A DNA stretch of 64,000 nt from Lama guanicoe (Eukaryota), in contig MU053881.1 of the NCBI GenBank assembly GCA_013239625.1, positions 8,331,957-8,395,956 on the forward strand. Reading direction: 5' to 3'. Within the stretch, counting starts at the first letter, position 1. Every line of letters starts with the position of its first letter. Below, one piece after another: positions 27,598 through 41,784 of the stretch. A program made the position numbers and the translations under genes. Under the pieces are notes generated by a model. The model did no database searches, had not been told where the DNA came from, and was given only the letters and a program-made list of their open reading frames with translations.

Positions 27598-27630
27598 GGC
27601 GCGCCCTGGGCGCCCAGGTGGTTGGCGGCG

Positions 27631-27756
27631 GCTGTCAGGGGTTACCGGTGGCTCCCAGCGGTTGTCAGGGGCCGCCGGTACCTGGGGGCAGTTGTCAGGG
27701 GTCGCTGGTGGCTGGGAGAGGTGGTCAGGTGTCGCTGGTGCCTCCGGGCGGTGGTC
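27631..27756. repeat. Degenerate 30-bp tandem repeat (4 copies plus a partial) upstream of the FBLL1 ATG
   Basis: Units start at 27631, 27661, 27691, 27721 and 27751; consensus ~GTTGTCAGGGGTCGCTGGTGGCTNNNNGCG. Confidence 0.9.
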
Positions 27757-29199
27757 CTGAGGCCGGACGAGGGTGGGCGGCAGCAGGTGCCTGCTGGGTT
27801 AGCCACGCGGGCGGAGGGAGAGAGATGGGCGGCGGTGGGGACCAGCTCTGCTGCAGTTCCCGCATCCCCGGAGCCGCCCTTTGACGCAGCGACGGGCGTG
27901 ATTGCATCACACCCGCTATGGCGACCCTGCAGTCCCGGAAGCCCCCCTTCCCAGCCTGCCTGCAGACACAGCCTGCTCCCGTGTAATGCACCCCCCTTCC
28001 CCTTTCCGCATCTTCTGCTTTCTCCGAGACCCCTGGCGCTTCTGAGACTCAGGGAAGGGGGAGTCTCCTTGGCAAGAGAAGGGGAGGCGAGCATCATCTT
28101 CAGTCCTTGCTGTGCCACTTGCTTGCTGTGTGGTCTCAGGAAGCTTACCTGATCTTCTCTGGGGGTCTTGTCTGAACTTGGGCAAGCTTCTTGACCTATC
28201 TGGGTCTCATTATCCCATCTATAAAACTCAAAGCTTTGAAAACTATAAAAGCTTTGTTCTGAAGCACCACATACACTTGCCCCAGTCCTGGTGCATGCTA
28301 AGTATTCTACAAGCGTTAGCTTTTCTGTTTTGTTTTGTTGTTTTTAATGTATTTCTTTTGGTCGATTTTTCATTGAAATGTACTGCTGTCAGAGCTTTAG
28401 CCACCTGAAAGTGGCCCTGGCCCTCCTTTACAAAGTTGATGGAAATGCACCTTGGTACAGATATTCTGACAAACCCTTAAACAAGGTACCTATACTTCCA
28501 CTTAGGTATTCCACTTTGAAGATTTCATCCCAAAGGGATGATCCCAGCAAGAAATGGTCATTAGAAGAAGACAGAGAGTGGTGATGGAAGCAGAGGTGAT
28601 GATCAGCATTAACATGGAGTCTTGGCAGAGATGAGATGAAGGGGACTGACCTAGGAGTTTTTAGAAGACAGAATCCACAGGACTTTCTGCTAGACTGCGT
28701 ATAGGAAGTCAAAAGGGGAAAATTCCAAGCCAGAGATTGCCAAAGGATAGTGGCTCCTCTGATGTGGTTAATAGCCTGCAATCCGCAGCCCTGGTTGCTG
28801 TCTGCCTAGCTCTTCTTTTCCATCAACTGTGCTAAATCCCAGAACTTGTTCTGGGAACACTGGGCAGCTAGAAAATATTGATTCTTCAGTGTGAATGGGG
28901 ACACATAGGCCAGAGCCCTAACTGTAACACACGTTGGCAAAAGCCAAAATCTCATGTTTATTACTGTATTCTAGTCTGTGTTTCAGAAATCTGCTCTTTC
29001 AATATGCAGCATTTTCTTGATCATTAAAAAAGAACCATTCAGTAGCACCACGGACAGCAAAACAGGTGGCAAGAGCATGCTTGCACGTTCTGTGAGGACC
29101 ACGGACAGCAACACCAACTGGGGTTGTTAAAGCTTCCAGGGCTGGCTTTGGGGTCAACCAAGAGCTGGGGGAGATGGTGCAGGTTGTTGTAACCAGACC

Positions 29200-31405
29200 A
29201 TCTGTCCTCCACAGCAGCTGGACCATTCTGCATCCCCACAAGCAGTGTATGAGGGTTCCAATTTCTCTAATCCCTACTAACACTAATTATTTTGGTTTTT
29301 TTTTAAGACTAAAAAATATATATAGCCAATCCCAGTGGAGGCTGTGAAAACGTGTCACTGCTGTTTGCATTTGCCTAATGATGCTGAGTATGTTTTCAAG
29401 TGTTATTAGTCATTTATATATCCTATTTCAAAAAATTCAAGTATTATGCCCATTTGAAAGTTGGATTGTTTGTATTTTGGTTATTTATGTATTCTGTAAG
29501 AGAATACATAATGTAATGTGAGATCTTTATATTCTAGACAATACATTCATCAGATTCTGCTTTGTACATATTCCTCCCATTATGTGATTTGTCTTTTGAC
29601 TTTTTGACAGTGTTCCGTTGATGCACGAGTTTAGACATTTTGATTTAGTCCAAAATTATTTTTTTTATTAAGAAACCATTGCCTAATCTTCAGTCATAAA
29701 GATTTACATCTATGTTTCCTTCAAAGTTCTGTAGTTTCAGCTTCTTAGATTTTGGTCTTTGATCCATTTGGAGTTATTTTTGGTATATGATGTCAGGTAG
29801 GGGGTCCAAAGTCATTCTTTTGTACTTGGGTTTATAGATATTCCAACACCATTTGTTGAAAAGACTTTACTCCATTGCATGGTCTTACTACACTTGTTTA
29901 AAGTCAATACACCATAGATTATGGGTTTATTTCTGGACTCAATTCTATTCCATTGATCTAGCTGTCCTTAATCCAGTTTCACATTGTTTTGATTATTTTC
30001 AATTTGTATTGTTTTGAAATTGGGAAATTGTGAGTCCTCTGTGTTCTTTTCCAAGGTTTTGTCTAATTAGGGTTTCTTGCAATTCCATATGAATTTCAGG
30101 ATCAGCTTGTTAAGTTCTACAAAGGAGTCAGCTAGGATTCTTCTGCTCAAGAACAGGCTTAATCTACATTAATTTGGGAAGCACTGCCATCATAACAATG
30201 TTAAGTCTTTGAAACTATGAATATGAAATGTCATTCCATTTATTTAGGTGTTTTAAAAACTTCTTCCAACAATATTTTGTAGTTTTCAGTGTACAAGTCT
30301 TATACTTCCTTGGCTATATGTATTCCTAAATATTTTACTCTTTTTGATGCCATCATAAATGGATTTGTTTTCTTACTTTTTGCATGGTTCATTGCAAGAG
30401 TACAGGAATACAACTAACTTTTGTGCATTGATCTCATGTCCTGGAACCTTGCTTTCACGAGCTGTTAGTTTTGTGTGTGTGTGTGTGTATGTGTATTCTT
30501 TAGGGTTTTAAAAATATATATATAATTAAGTAATCTGTGAAGAGATAATTTTACTTCCTAAGCTGAATGTCTTTTGTATAACTGACCTGGCTAAAGCTTC
30601 CAGTAGCACACTGACCAGACCAAACCTGGCTTCCCTATCTTGCTCCTGATCTATTGAGATGCTCATGTAGGGTTTCCCCAACCCCCTCAAATGATTAATA
30701 GGATGTATTACTTTATTTTCAAATGTTAAGCCATCCTTACATTCCATGGACAAACATTTGCTCATGATATAGAATTCTTTTAATATTCTGCTAAATTTGA
30801 TTTGCTAACACTTAGAAATTTTTTTCTTTTTCATCTATAGTCATAAGGGATATTGATCTGTACTTATCTTTGATTTTGGTATCAGGGTAATATTGGCTTC
30901 CTAGGATGAATCAGGCAGTAATTCCTTTCATCTATCTTTTGGAAGACTTTGAGAATTGGTGTTAATTCTTTAAAGGTTTGGTAGAATTCAGAGACACCAT
31001 CTGGCTCTGGCAGTTTCTTTGCTGGAGGTTTTTAGTAGAACTGATTCAGTCTCTTGTTCCAGGCCTATTCAGATTTTCCACTTCTTCTTGAGTCAGTTGT
31101 GGTAGTTTGTGTGTTTCTAGGAGTTTTTACATTTCATCCCTGCCTAATTTTTTGGCATGCAATTGTACACGGTCTTCCATTCTCTTATGATACATTTTAG
31201 TCTATAAGGTTAGTAGTAATACCCACTTTCATTTCTTGTTTTAGTAATCTGAGCTCTTTTTCCTGTCAGCCTAGCTATAAATGTTTATCAATTTTATTGA
31301 TATTTTCAAAGAACCAAATTTTGGCTTGATTTTCTCTATTGTTATCCTATTCTTTATTTCACTCATCTCCACTCTAGTCTTTATTATTTCCTTCCTTCTG
31401 CCTTC
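29200..31405 (-). mobile_element. Decayed L1 (3' UTR / ORF2 fragments)
   Basis: T-rich antisense L1 motifs (ccaacaccatttgttgaaaagact, ttggtatcagggtaata, tttggtagaattc). Confidence 0.8.
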
Positions 31406-31424
31406 AAAATGGTAACTAACTAGG

Positions 31425-32330
31425 GAAATAAAAGTCAAAACTGAGATACCACCTCACACCCAATGGGGTACAATTGTACCACAATGGTGGTACAATTAAA
31501 AAACAAAGCATTGACAAGTATGGAGAAACTGCAACCCTTTGTACTACTGGTGGGAATGTAAAATGGTACTGCTTCTGTGGGAAACACGGCAGCCCCTTGA
31601 AAGACAGAATCACCTTCCGGTCTGGCTATTCTGCCGCTGGGTACATACTCCAAAGAAATGAAAGCAGGGCCCTGGAGAAAACTGTATACGCATGATCACA
31701 GCATTATTCACAATAGCCACATGTCCATCCATGGATAAATGGGTCAGCAAAATACGACATATACATACCATGGGAATATTATTCAACCCCAAAAAGGATG
31801 GGGGGAGGGTACAGCTTAGTGCTAGAGTGCAGGCTTAGCATGCACAAGGTCCTGGGTTCAATCCCAGTACCTCCATTACAAAATAAATAAACCTAATTAC
31901 CGCTACCCCACCCAAAAAACTAAAATGTACAAAATCAATAGGAGTTATTAAAAAAAAAACAAAGAAGGAAGTATGACATATGCTACAGCATGGATGAACC
32001 TTGAGGACATTATATTAAGTGAAACAAGCCAGTCACAAAAAGACGTTAAGTACATGGTTCCACTTACATGAAGTGCTCAGAGTAGTCTGATTCACTGAGT
32101 CAGAAACTAGAACGGTGGCTGCAGGGTCTTGGGGGCAGGAGGGAATGGGGAGTTTTTGATTAACAGGTATAGAGTTCCAGTTTTACAAGATGAAAAACAG
32201 TTCTGGAGATGGAGAGTGGTGACAGCAGTACAACATTATACACGTATTTAATACCACTGAACTCTACACTTGAAACTGGTTAAGATGGTAAATCATATGT
32301 TATACATGTATATTTTACAATGAAAAAATT
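31425..32330 (+). mobile_element. L1M-type 3' end nested in opposite orientation, with a SINE at ~31799-31960
   Basis: agataccacctcacacc, gcattattcacaatagcc, atggatgaaccttgaggacatt, ccagtcacaaaa. Confidence 0.8.
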
Positions 32331-33028
32331 GCTGTCCTGACTCCCTGTTGTTTTTGTCACACATACATGTGTGCCTATCAACGCAGATAGCACTGAGCAC
32401 TTCCTGTAAGTGGAACCATGCACTTATGGTTGCTGTTTTATGCAGCGGTCTTATAAATCGTGTAAGAAAAAAGCAGAGTTACAAACAAAACATACATTAA
32501 CATTGACTCTTACACTTACTGGCATTCTTTATCTCCTTGTGTGGATCTGAGTTACTGCCTAGTGTCCTTACATTTCAACTCTTTAGCATTTCTTGTAGGG
32601 AAGGTCTGCTCTCTGTTTTTGTTTGTTAAGAATGTCTCAATTCCATATCATTTTTAAAGGAGTTTTTCCAGACAAGTCTTAGTTAAGACTCCCTTCTCTA
32701 AGGCTCCTTTGAGGCTGCAGACCCTCGGAAATAGCATGGTGCAATAGCAGTCATGTTTATTAAGCATCTGTTTTTCCAGAATAAATGGCAATAAAGGTGT
32801 GTTCCTGGGGACCACAGTAGGCCCTGATATAAATGGGATTCCTTACTTAATTAAAAATTAGGGTATTTTTCTTTTCAGACGTTTAGTTGTTAGAGATAAA
32901 GAACCAAATGTTCTGTAGGTAGTTGACAAATTTCTTTTACTTTTTTTTGTATTCACATGATTGTAAAAAAGCTAACAATGCCAGTGGCCACTTCGGTAAA
33001 AACACATAGTGTTCAAACCTAAGGAGGA

Positions 33029-33138
33029 TCACATTCTCTGGACAGGCTTTATCCCCAGGATATCGAAGCCCTTGGCCATGACAGCAGCCACTGCTTCACA
33101 CAGCAGCAAACGCCACGTGTTCACCTTCAGGACTTCTC
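33029..33138 (-). CDS. RARS1: Arginyl-tRNA synthetase 1, exon 15 (last)
   Basis: [38 protein letters not shown] at 33029-33031. Confidence 0.96.
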
Positions 33139-33957
33139 CTGAGAAGACAGAAACCAGAAGGTGGTAGTTAATTTTTCTCTTTGCAAATCGCTATTAAGTT
33201 ATGTGTTACATCTGGAATTCACTGAGAAGGGACAGCCCTACTCAGAGATGTTTGGGGCTTTAACTAGAATCATCTTTACCTTAAACTATGAGGAGAGACC
33301 ATCTAAGAGATAAAGGTGTTCAGTTCAAGAAATCTGTTTTTAACTGATAAAAGAAATACAAGGCATGCACTGATTAGATTATACTTTTATCTTTCGTTTT
33401 GAAATTTGAAGTTCTTTCCTAGGCCTCACAGTCTAAACTAACTATGAACTTTAACACCATAATGGTCAGATTTTTCCCTAACGATGTTTCAGTCCTTAGG
33501 CATGACTAAAACGCCTGCTTGCCCTGTAACACATTAATTCAGCCTACTTCATTAACGATGTAACATGAGAGAGCAAAAAGCCTAAGAAAAGGTATTTTCC
33601 CCCCCAAGGGTAGTTTTCATTATCAAGAACCCCGAAGACTCACTCTGGGACCCTCAGTCACACTGCTTCTGTTAGAAACGTCCTGTTACTAGGGGCCTTC
33701 CAATTTTCTGTGGCACCTTTAGTTCCAGCCCACGTGCCCAAGGGTGGGAAAGCTGGTCTGTTCCAGAATGGGAAGAACTCCATTCAGGCTTTTATTAGCA
33801 CTAGCTCAATTTCGTCTGTCGTATATGACATGGATTACTGGGTAATCGTTGGGAGGAAACGTAGGAGGAGGGTGTTTCCATAAATAAAACAAACAGAAAG
33901 TCACCCACATTCAACGCAAATAAATGACACGTTGGTGCCCAATCCCCAGTATGACTA

Positions 33958-34230
<273 letters not shown>

Positions 34231-36257
34231 TTAGGCAACAGTCATCAATTCCCCTTTGTTATGTTCTTCTCCATTGAAAACATGTAACAAGAAATGACTG
34301 ATAGAGGGGGGAGGTTATAGTTATAGCTCAATGGTTGAGCATGTGCTTAGTATGCATGCACAGGGGCCTGGGTTCAATCCCCAGTACCTCCATTTAAAAC
34401 AAAGTAGTAATGTGTAAAGTATGTGTTGTTTACCGTACAGGAACCATACCACAATAAAAGTATTACAATAAAAATACAAGGTCATGATCAGTGCGTTAAG
34501 TCTTAAAATCTGGTAGTAAGAGGACTCTAACTCCCCAAATTTATCCTACCATTTTGACAATTCCAGTTCACCTGCCTTTCCATAGTAATGTTAGAAACAG
34601 TAAGAATGTCGCTACCTCTAGATTTTTTTTGTGGACGCTCTTTGTAGGCTTAAGGAAGCTCCCTTCTATTCTCAGTTGGCTGAAAATTTTCATCATGAAT
34701 GATGCTATATTTTGTTAAATGATTTTTCTGCATCGATTGATATGAGCATTTTTTTTTCTTCAGGTTGTTAATATGGTAGATAGCATTGACTGATTTGCAA
34801 ATATTAAATCAGGCTTAGACTCCCTGGAAAAATCTTGTTTGATAATCATGTATTATTTTTATATACTGCTAGATTTGCTCTGCTAATATTTTGTTGAGTT
34901 TTTTGTGTTTATGTACATGAAGGATTTTTTTTTGGTATTATCTTTGTCTGGTTTTCCTTTCAGATTAATACCTGCCTCATAATACAAGAACTGTTCACCT
35001 CTGTCGGCTAGAGAAGACTGTCTAGAATTGGTATTATTTCTCCTTAACGTGTTTGGTAGAATTCACCAGTGTATCTATCTGGACCTGGAGATTTCTTCTT
35101 CTTTTTATTTTTTTGTGTATACAAGCATACATCTGTATTTTCAGCATGCTATTTGTATATGTTTTACTAAAGAGTTACTATAATCAACAGAAGAAAAGTC
35201 AATAGATATATCAGAACTGTAATGTGTGCCCTAAAATTTACATGGAAGGTAGAAAATGGAGATTTTGTTTTTGAGAAGTTTTAAAATGTAAACTTATTAA
35301 TAATTTAATTATAATTATAATTTAATTTATATTATAATGGATAATTATAATAAGAGACAGTGGGTTATCTACGTCATATTGGGTGAGTTTTGGTGCTTGT
35401 GGTTTCTGAGGAATAAAGCAGTTTCAGCTAAGTTACAGAACGCACGTTCTACAGAACAGAGCCCTTTACCACCCTTTTAACACTTGCGAGCTCTGTGATG
35501 CTGCCTGTTTTCATTCCTGATTAGTAAATTATGTTTTTTTGTCTTGATAAAGATGTTATCAACTTTATTGATCTTAAAAAGAAAAACAGCTTTTGTCTGA
35601 TTTTATTAATTGTTTTTCTGCTTTAAAATTTCATTGATTTCTGCCCTTTTTTACATTCTTTCTTCTTCTTGTTTGGGTGCATTTTTCTTTTCTTTTTTTT
35701 TTAGTTGCTTAAGATGGGAACTTAGATTACTGATTTGAGATCTTCCTTTTCTAATTTTTAAATAGTTCATACTGTGAATTCTTCTCTACGAATTACTTTA
35801 ACTACATCTGACAAATTTTGATAAACTGTATTTTTATTTTTGCTCAGTTCAAAATACTGCTTTAATTACTCCAGGACTACTTCTTTGACCGTGACCATGG
35901 ATTGTTTAGAAGCACAGTGTTTAATTTTCAAATGTTTAGATGGTCACCTATAAACTTTGCTATTAAGTTCTAGTTTAATTTATTATGATGAAAGAACAAA
36001 CTTGTGTGATTTCAAGTATTTTGAATTTTTCACTTTTTTGTACCCCAAGATATGCACTATCTTGGTGAATGTTCCGTGTCCACTTGAATATGTATTCTGT
36101 TATTGGTTAGACAGTTCTATGAATGTAAAAATAATAATAGTAAGACTAAAATAAATAAACCTAGTTACCCCCCCACCAAAAAAAAGACATAACTGATAAA
36201 AGACTAGAAGTTATCATCCTTTGATTAAAAATAAAAACAACACTGTCCCCACAATCA

Positions 36258-36458
<201 letters not shown>

Positions 36459-36682
36459 TTACTGATCACTGCTTTGCCCTGCTGTCTCACAGGCAAAAGC
36501 TGGGGGTAAGGAACATCTAATGGTGCTCTTTAACCAGTAAACCTTAGTCAATATCGACACTGAGGTAGAAAAATGTGGACTAATCTACAAAGAGAATAAT
36601 GAAAATACAATTTATCTGCTCTGCATAACGAAGAATGTTTCCACAAGAAACCTGATTTGTAAATTATGACGTGTCATCTTTT

Positions 36683-36791
36683 GTGGGGGGAGCAATTTTT
36701 TTTTTTAAATTTTGATGGAGGTACTGGGGATTGAACCCAGGACTTCGTGCATGCTAAGTACACACTGTACCACTGAACTATACCCTCCCCC
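36683..36791 (-). mobile_element. tRNA-derived SINE
   Basis: SINE head; TSD atgacgtgtca at 36666 and 36795. Confidence 0.85.
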
Positions 36792-37273
36792 TCAATGACG
36801 TGTCAGCTTGAACACTTTTTCCCCAGTGTATTTATTCAGTAGATGTGAGACTGAAAGCACCGATTATTAGTTTCCGTCTGCTTCGTTCCATAAAGATTCT
36901 GAGGTAGCTTCCAGGAAACACAGTAAAATAAAAACAGAAAATTAGAGTGAGGTAATTAATTGGAATCAAAACAGGGTTTCAAGAGTTGGAGGAAGAAGTC
37001 ATATATACTGTTTTGCTAAATCTGGTCATGTGTTCTGAAGCACTATTAGGCCACAGTAAGTAGGTAAGGACTTCTGTGCTGGACATGATGCAGTAGTTTG
37101 AAGTAGACTAACCCTTCCACCACCAGCAACCATTTAAAAGCTGAAGAAATCGTATGAAACAACACTTTGAAGCCACCAGAGAGCACCAACCCAGGCAGAG
37201 ACTGAGGGGCTACAGTGTCTGGGAGAAGCAGACACTGAGCTCCACGCCCACCTGGCTTCTCCCCGGGGGGCAT

Positions 37274-38350
<1,077 letters not shown>

Positions 38351-39032
38351 TCGTGTTTTAAATTTCTTCCTAATAAAATTAAACCATTTCAATTAAATTT
38401 CGAAACAGAGCTTCCAACTTAGACATCTTTGAAAATGAAGGTTTGACATTGCTTTATTTAGCAGACAACTAGGGAGGATGAAAAAAAGAAAGCAGGCACT
38501 TTCAAGTGTCTTTCATTTCTAGCCCTCAACTCTCAAAGCGTTCTGTGCTTTAGGCTCCTAACAGCATTCTCTACATGTTCACCTTCAGTAAGTTCCCTCA
38601 AAGGGAAAGGAGGAGGACATTTGTTAATTTGTTCATTTCCCTGAACACACACAGCATCTTGAGCTACTTCATGCGGTTTTTAGAAACATAACCTGTATTT
38701 CTGTGATGGCAGTGTTTAAGGCCATGTCACCAAATCTAAAATGCCACAGATTTTAAGAGATGTGGTGATCAAAACGCTAAGCGACCCTAAGACACTATTA
38801 AATGTAAGATGTTAATAATTTCTCTGCATTCTCCCTAAAAGGCTACATTCTCTGACAGTGATAAGACACAGGTACAAAAGACTCAGCTGGGTACACCATT
38901 ACAGCATATGTAGACCAAAGAAAATTGTGGACTTTCTTAATTCTAATACGGTATCAAATGAAATATAGCCTCTTTCAAATAAAATCTGGGGGTCAGGCAT
39001 GTCATTACCATCTTTAGAGTTGCCAGACTTAC

Positions 39033-39142
39033 TTGTCTTCCCCTAGCACCACACCAAATCCAGCATGAAACACTCGAGTTACCTCAGGATCATACCAACC
39101 AATCATCTGAGCGGCACCAAATACTGTCTGGAAGTGTAAAGA
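39033..39142 (-). CDS. RARS1: RARS1 exon 11
   Basis: [36 protein letters not shown]. Confidence 0.95.
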
Positions 39143-39397
39143 CTACAAAGAAACAGAGAAAGTTACTTGCTAAACTTTCTAATTTAAAAAAATGATTCAA
39201 AGTTCTGCTCAGGAAAAAAGATAAAATTCAACTTACAAACCTACAGTTACAAAAGCTCTTTTTTATTCCTTATAAATGAGAAAAGTAACACCTTTTCCAG
39301 TTTATGGAGGCAAACTGGAAAGCTGGAAGTATTCAAGTTTGGCCAAATCCAAACCCTATTCTTTCTCTTATAAAATTTATAGGGTGTGTGTGTGTGT

Positions 39398-39495
39398 GGG
39401 GGGGTTATAGCTCAGAGGTAGAGGGCATGCATGAGATCCTGGGTTCAATCCCCAGTACCTCCATTAAATTAAAAAAAAAAAACAACAATGAAACA
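39398..39495 (+). mobile_element. Short tRNA-derived SINE
   Basis: Head plus A tail; TSD aaattt(a/g)tagggt. Confidence 0.8.
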
Positions 39496-39586
39496 AATTT
39501 GTAGGGTTGTCTAGTGCCAAATGGCTCACCATACTGTTTCACCTCCAATCAGACAATGTAGAACATACACAAATCTACAAACTCAC

Positions 39587-39765
39587 TTGTCCACTGTCCA
39601 CGACATAAATAATCATATCTGCTTTCTCCTCAAATAGTCTTTGTTTAATAGCAGCCAGGTCAGATGTGTCATAGGTGTAACCTCCATCTGATTTTACTAC
39701 GGTTAGTGGTACGGAACATCCTGGAACAAACACGACCTTTCTGCCATCATCCACTTGCACAAATC
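39587..39765 (-). CDS. RARS1: RARS1 exon 10
   Basis: [42 protein letters not shown]...YVVDSGQ. Confidence 0.96.
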
Positions 39766-40543
39766 CTACATGGGAAAAAAAGAAAACTTTATATATTAAA
39801 GTTCATTTATAATAACGCCAAAATGAGACAATCTGAGTATTAGGTAAATAACAAATAAAGGCAAACAACTGAAAAATAAAAACGATATTAAACCACATTT
39901 ATAATAATGCTAAAACAACCTAGTTGTCACATCTGGAAGATGTTAAGAAACTCATTTATTATTCTGAAAATTGATAAAGAAAAATAATCAAGCATGCCAT
40001 TCAACCGAGGAACTTGCACCGTCTGAGGCAGAGTTCAACTTGCTACGGCAGCAATTCCAAAGAGAAAGAAAGAGTTCGTGTTTTTTATTGGCGTCCCAAC
40101 TGGACTCTTTCTGTTTGTTTCTCAATAAACAAGAAAAGAGAGTGAAGGTAGGGAGAGAAACCTGAGTTGCGGAACATAAAATACATATTAAACAAATGTA
40201 ATGTAAAGACTTTTAAAACAAATACTCATGACTGAAAAAGAGCATGAATCAACTTAGGAAATCTGAACTCTTGACTCATTATTTAATGACACTAAGAAAC
40301 CGTTAATCGTCATGAAGTGATTTGGGGGTGGGATAAAGGGCCTGTTGTTCCAGAGACAAACCAAAACAGTTATAGATGAAAACATTTGATGTAAGCAGTG
40401 TATATAGGAAGATACAGACATAATAAAGTCGGCCTGGGTGACAAGCGCATGGAGTTGGGGGGTCACTGTAATATTCCCTCCAGCTTTTGCTTGTTTGAAA
40501 ATGTGTACGATACAGTTAACAAAAAAAAAGGCAGAGTGCTTAC

Positions 40544-40648
40544 CCCTATCTTCAAATTCTTTTACAACATCATTCATTCTGTCTTGATAGAAAGATTCTC
40601 CCCTCTCTATTAAAGAGATGTCCAATGCCTCATAGATCTTATTAAATT
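40544..40648 (-). CDS. RARS1: RARS1 exon 9
   Basis: [35 protein letters not shown]. Confidence 0.96.
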
Positions 40649-41613
40649 CTAGGGGGAAAAAGTTACCAAATAAAGAAAATGTATAATTTAAACAAATATG
40701 AAACATGCATCTTACCTTAAAAAAAGTTTATTACTTAACTGAAACATTTGGAAGGAAATTAATTACACTAAAATATATGATACAGAGTATTATACATACT
40801 GCCATTTCAAAATTGTGGAAAGAATATAGCAACATACACATCAAAATTATTAACGGTGGGAATACAGATAATTTATTTCCTTTTTTCCTGTCTACATTTA
40901 TTTTTTTCCTACAAGGAGCAAATACCTCTTGTGTAATTAAAAAAAATTACTCTTAGAAACTGTAAATGAGAAGGAAAAAAGAAAAGCCTTTTCTATCTGT
41001 AGATCAAATGTTTCCTGAATTTTCTTACGGTTTTCCCTAATTTGTACTGTTTATTGGTCTGTCTAGCCAGGCATTAGTGACACACGATTACCTACAGGTG
41101 CACTGTACACATTCTACTGCCAAGTGCAGCAAAATAGCCATCGTTTGCCTTTTCCAAAGATTGACTGCCTATTCTTGTCCATTTATCGTTCAAAGTGACC
41201 CCTCAAATTACATTGTCCAGTCTGAAAACTGAGAATTGTCTTACGATGACAAATAAATGTGGAGAACCACAGGACTCTGCATGACACTCAACTTAAACAT
41301 TCAATTGCATCCTGTTGCCTATTTCCCCTCATTTTAGCCCTACACATTTCTGGATGGACTTATTCCTAAGTATTTTAAAGCTCTGGATGCTACTGTGAAT
41401 AGCACCTTTTCTCTTTCTTTGCTACTTTCTTTCTTAACTAAATTTTCCTGGCTTTTAAGAAAGTTAAATTTTGCACCTGCCTATCTTTATAAACTTTCTT
41501 TATAGTTACAATTTCAGAAAATATTTAAGGAAAAAAAAATCTGCTACTCCCTGAAATTTAACAAGTCATTCAAGGTCAATTATGAATACTCAAGAAACTA
41601 TATGTAGTAGTTA

Positions 41614-41784
<171 letters not shown>

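Larger units (their letters stand above)
26600..27950. promoter_or_regulatory. CpG island covering FBLL1 and its promoter
   Basis: Very high GC and CpG density. Confidence 0.8.

Noticed and set aside
27631..27756. 30-bp repeat array as CRISPR-like
   Set aside because: Contiguous degenerate tandem units with no unique spacers, in a eukaryotic locus with no cas genes.
26799..28185. Several long overlapping ORFs on both strands around FBLL1
   Set aside because: Antisense or alternative-frame shadows of a GC-rich coding region and CpG island, where stop codons are rare.
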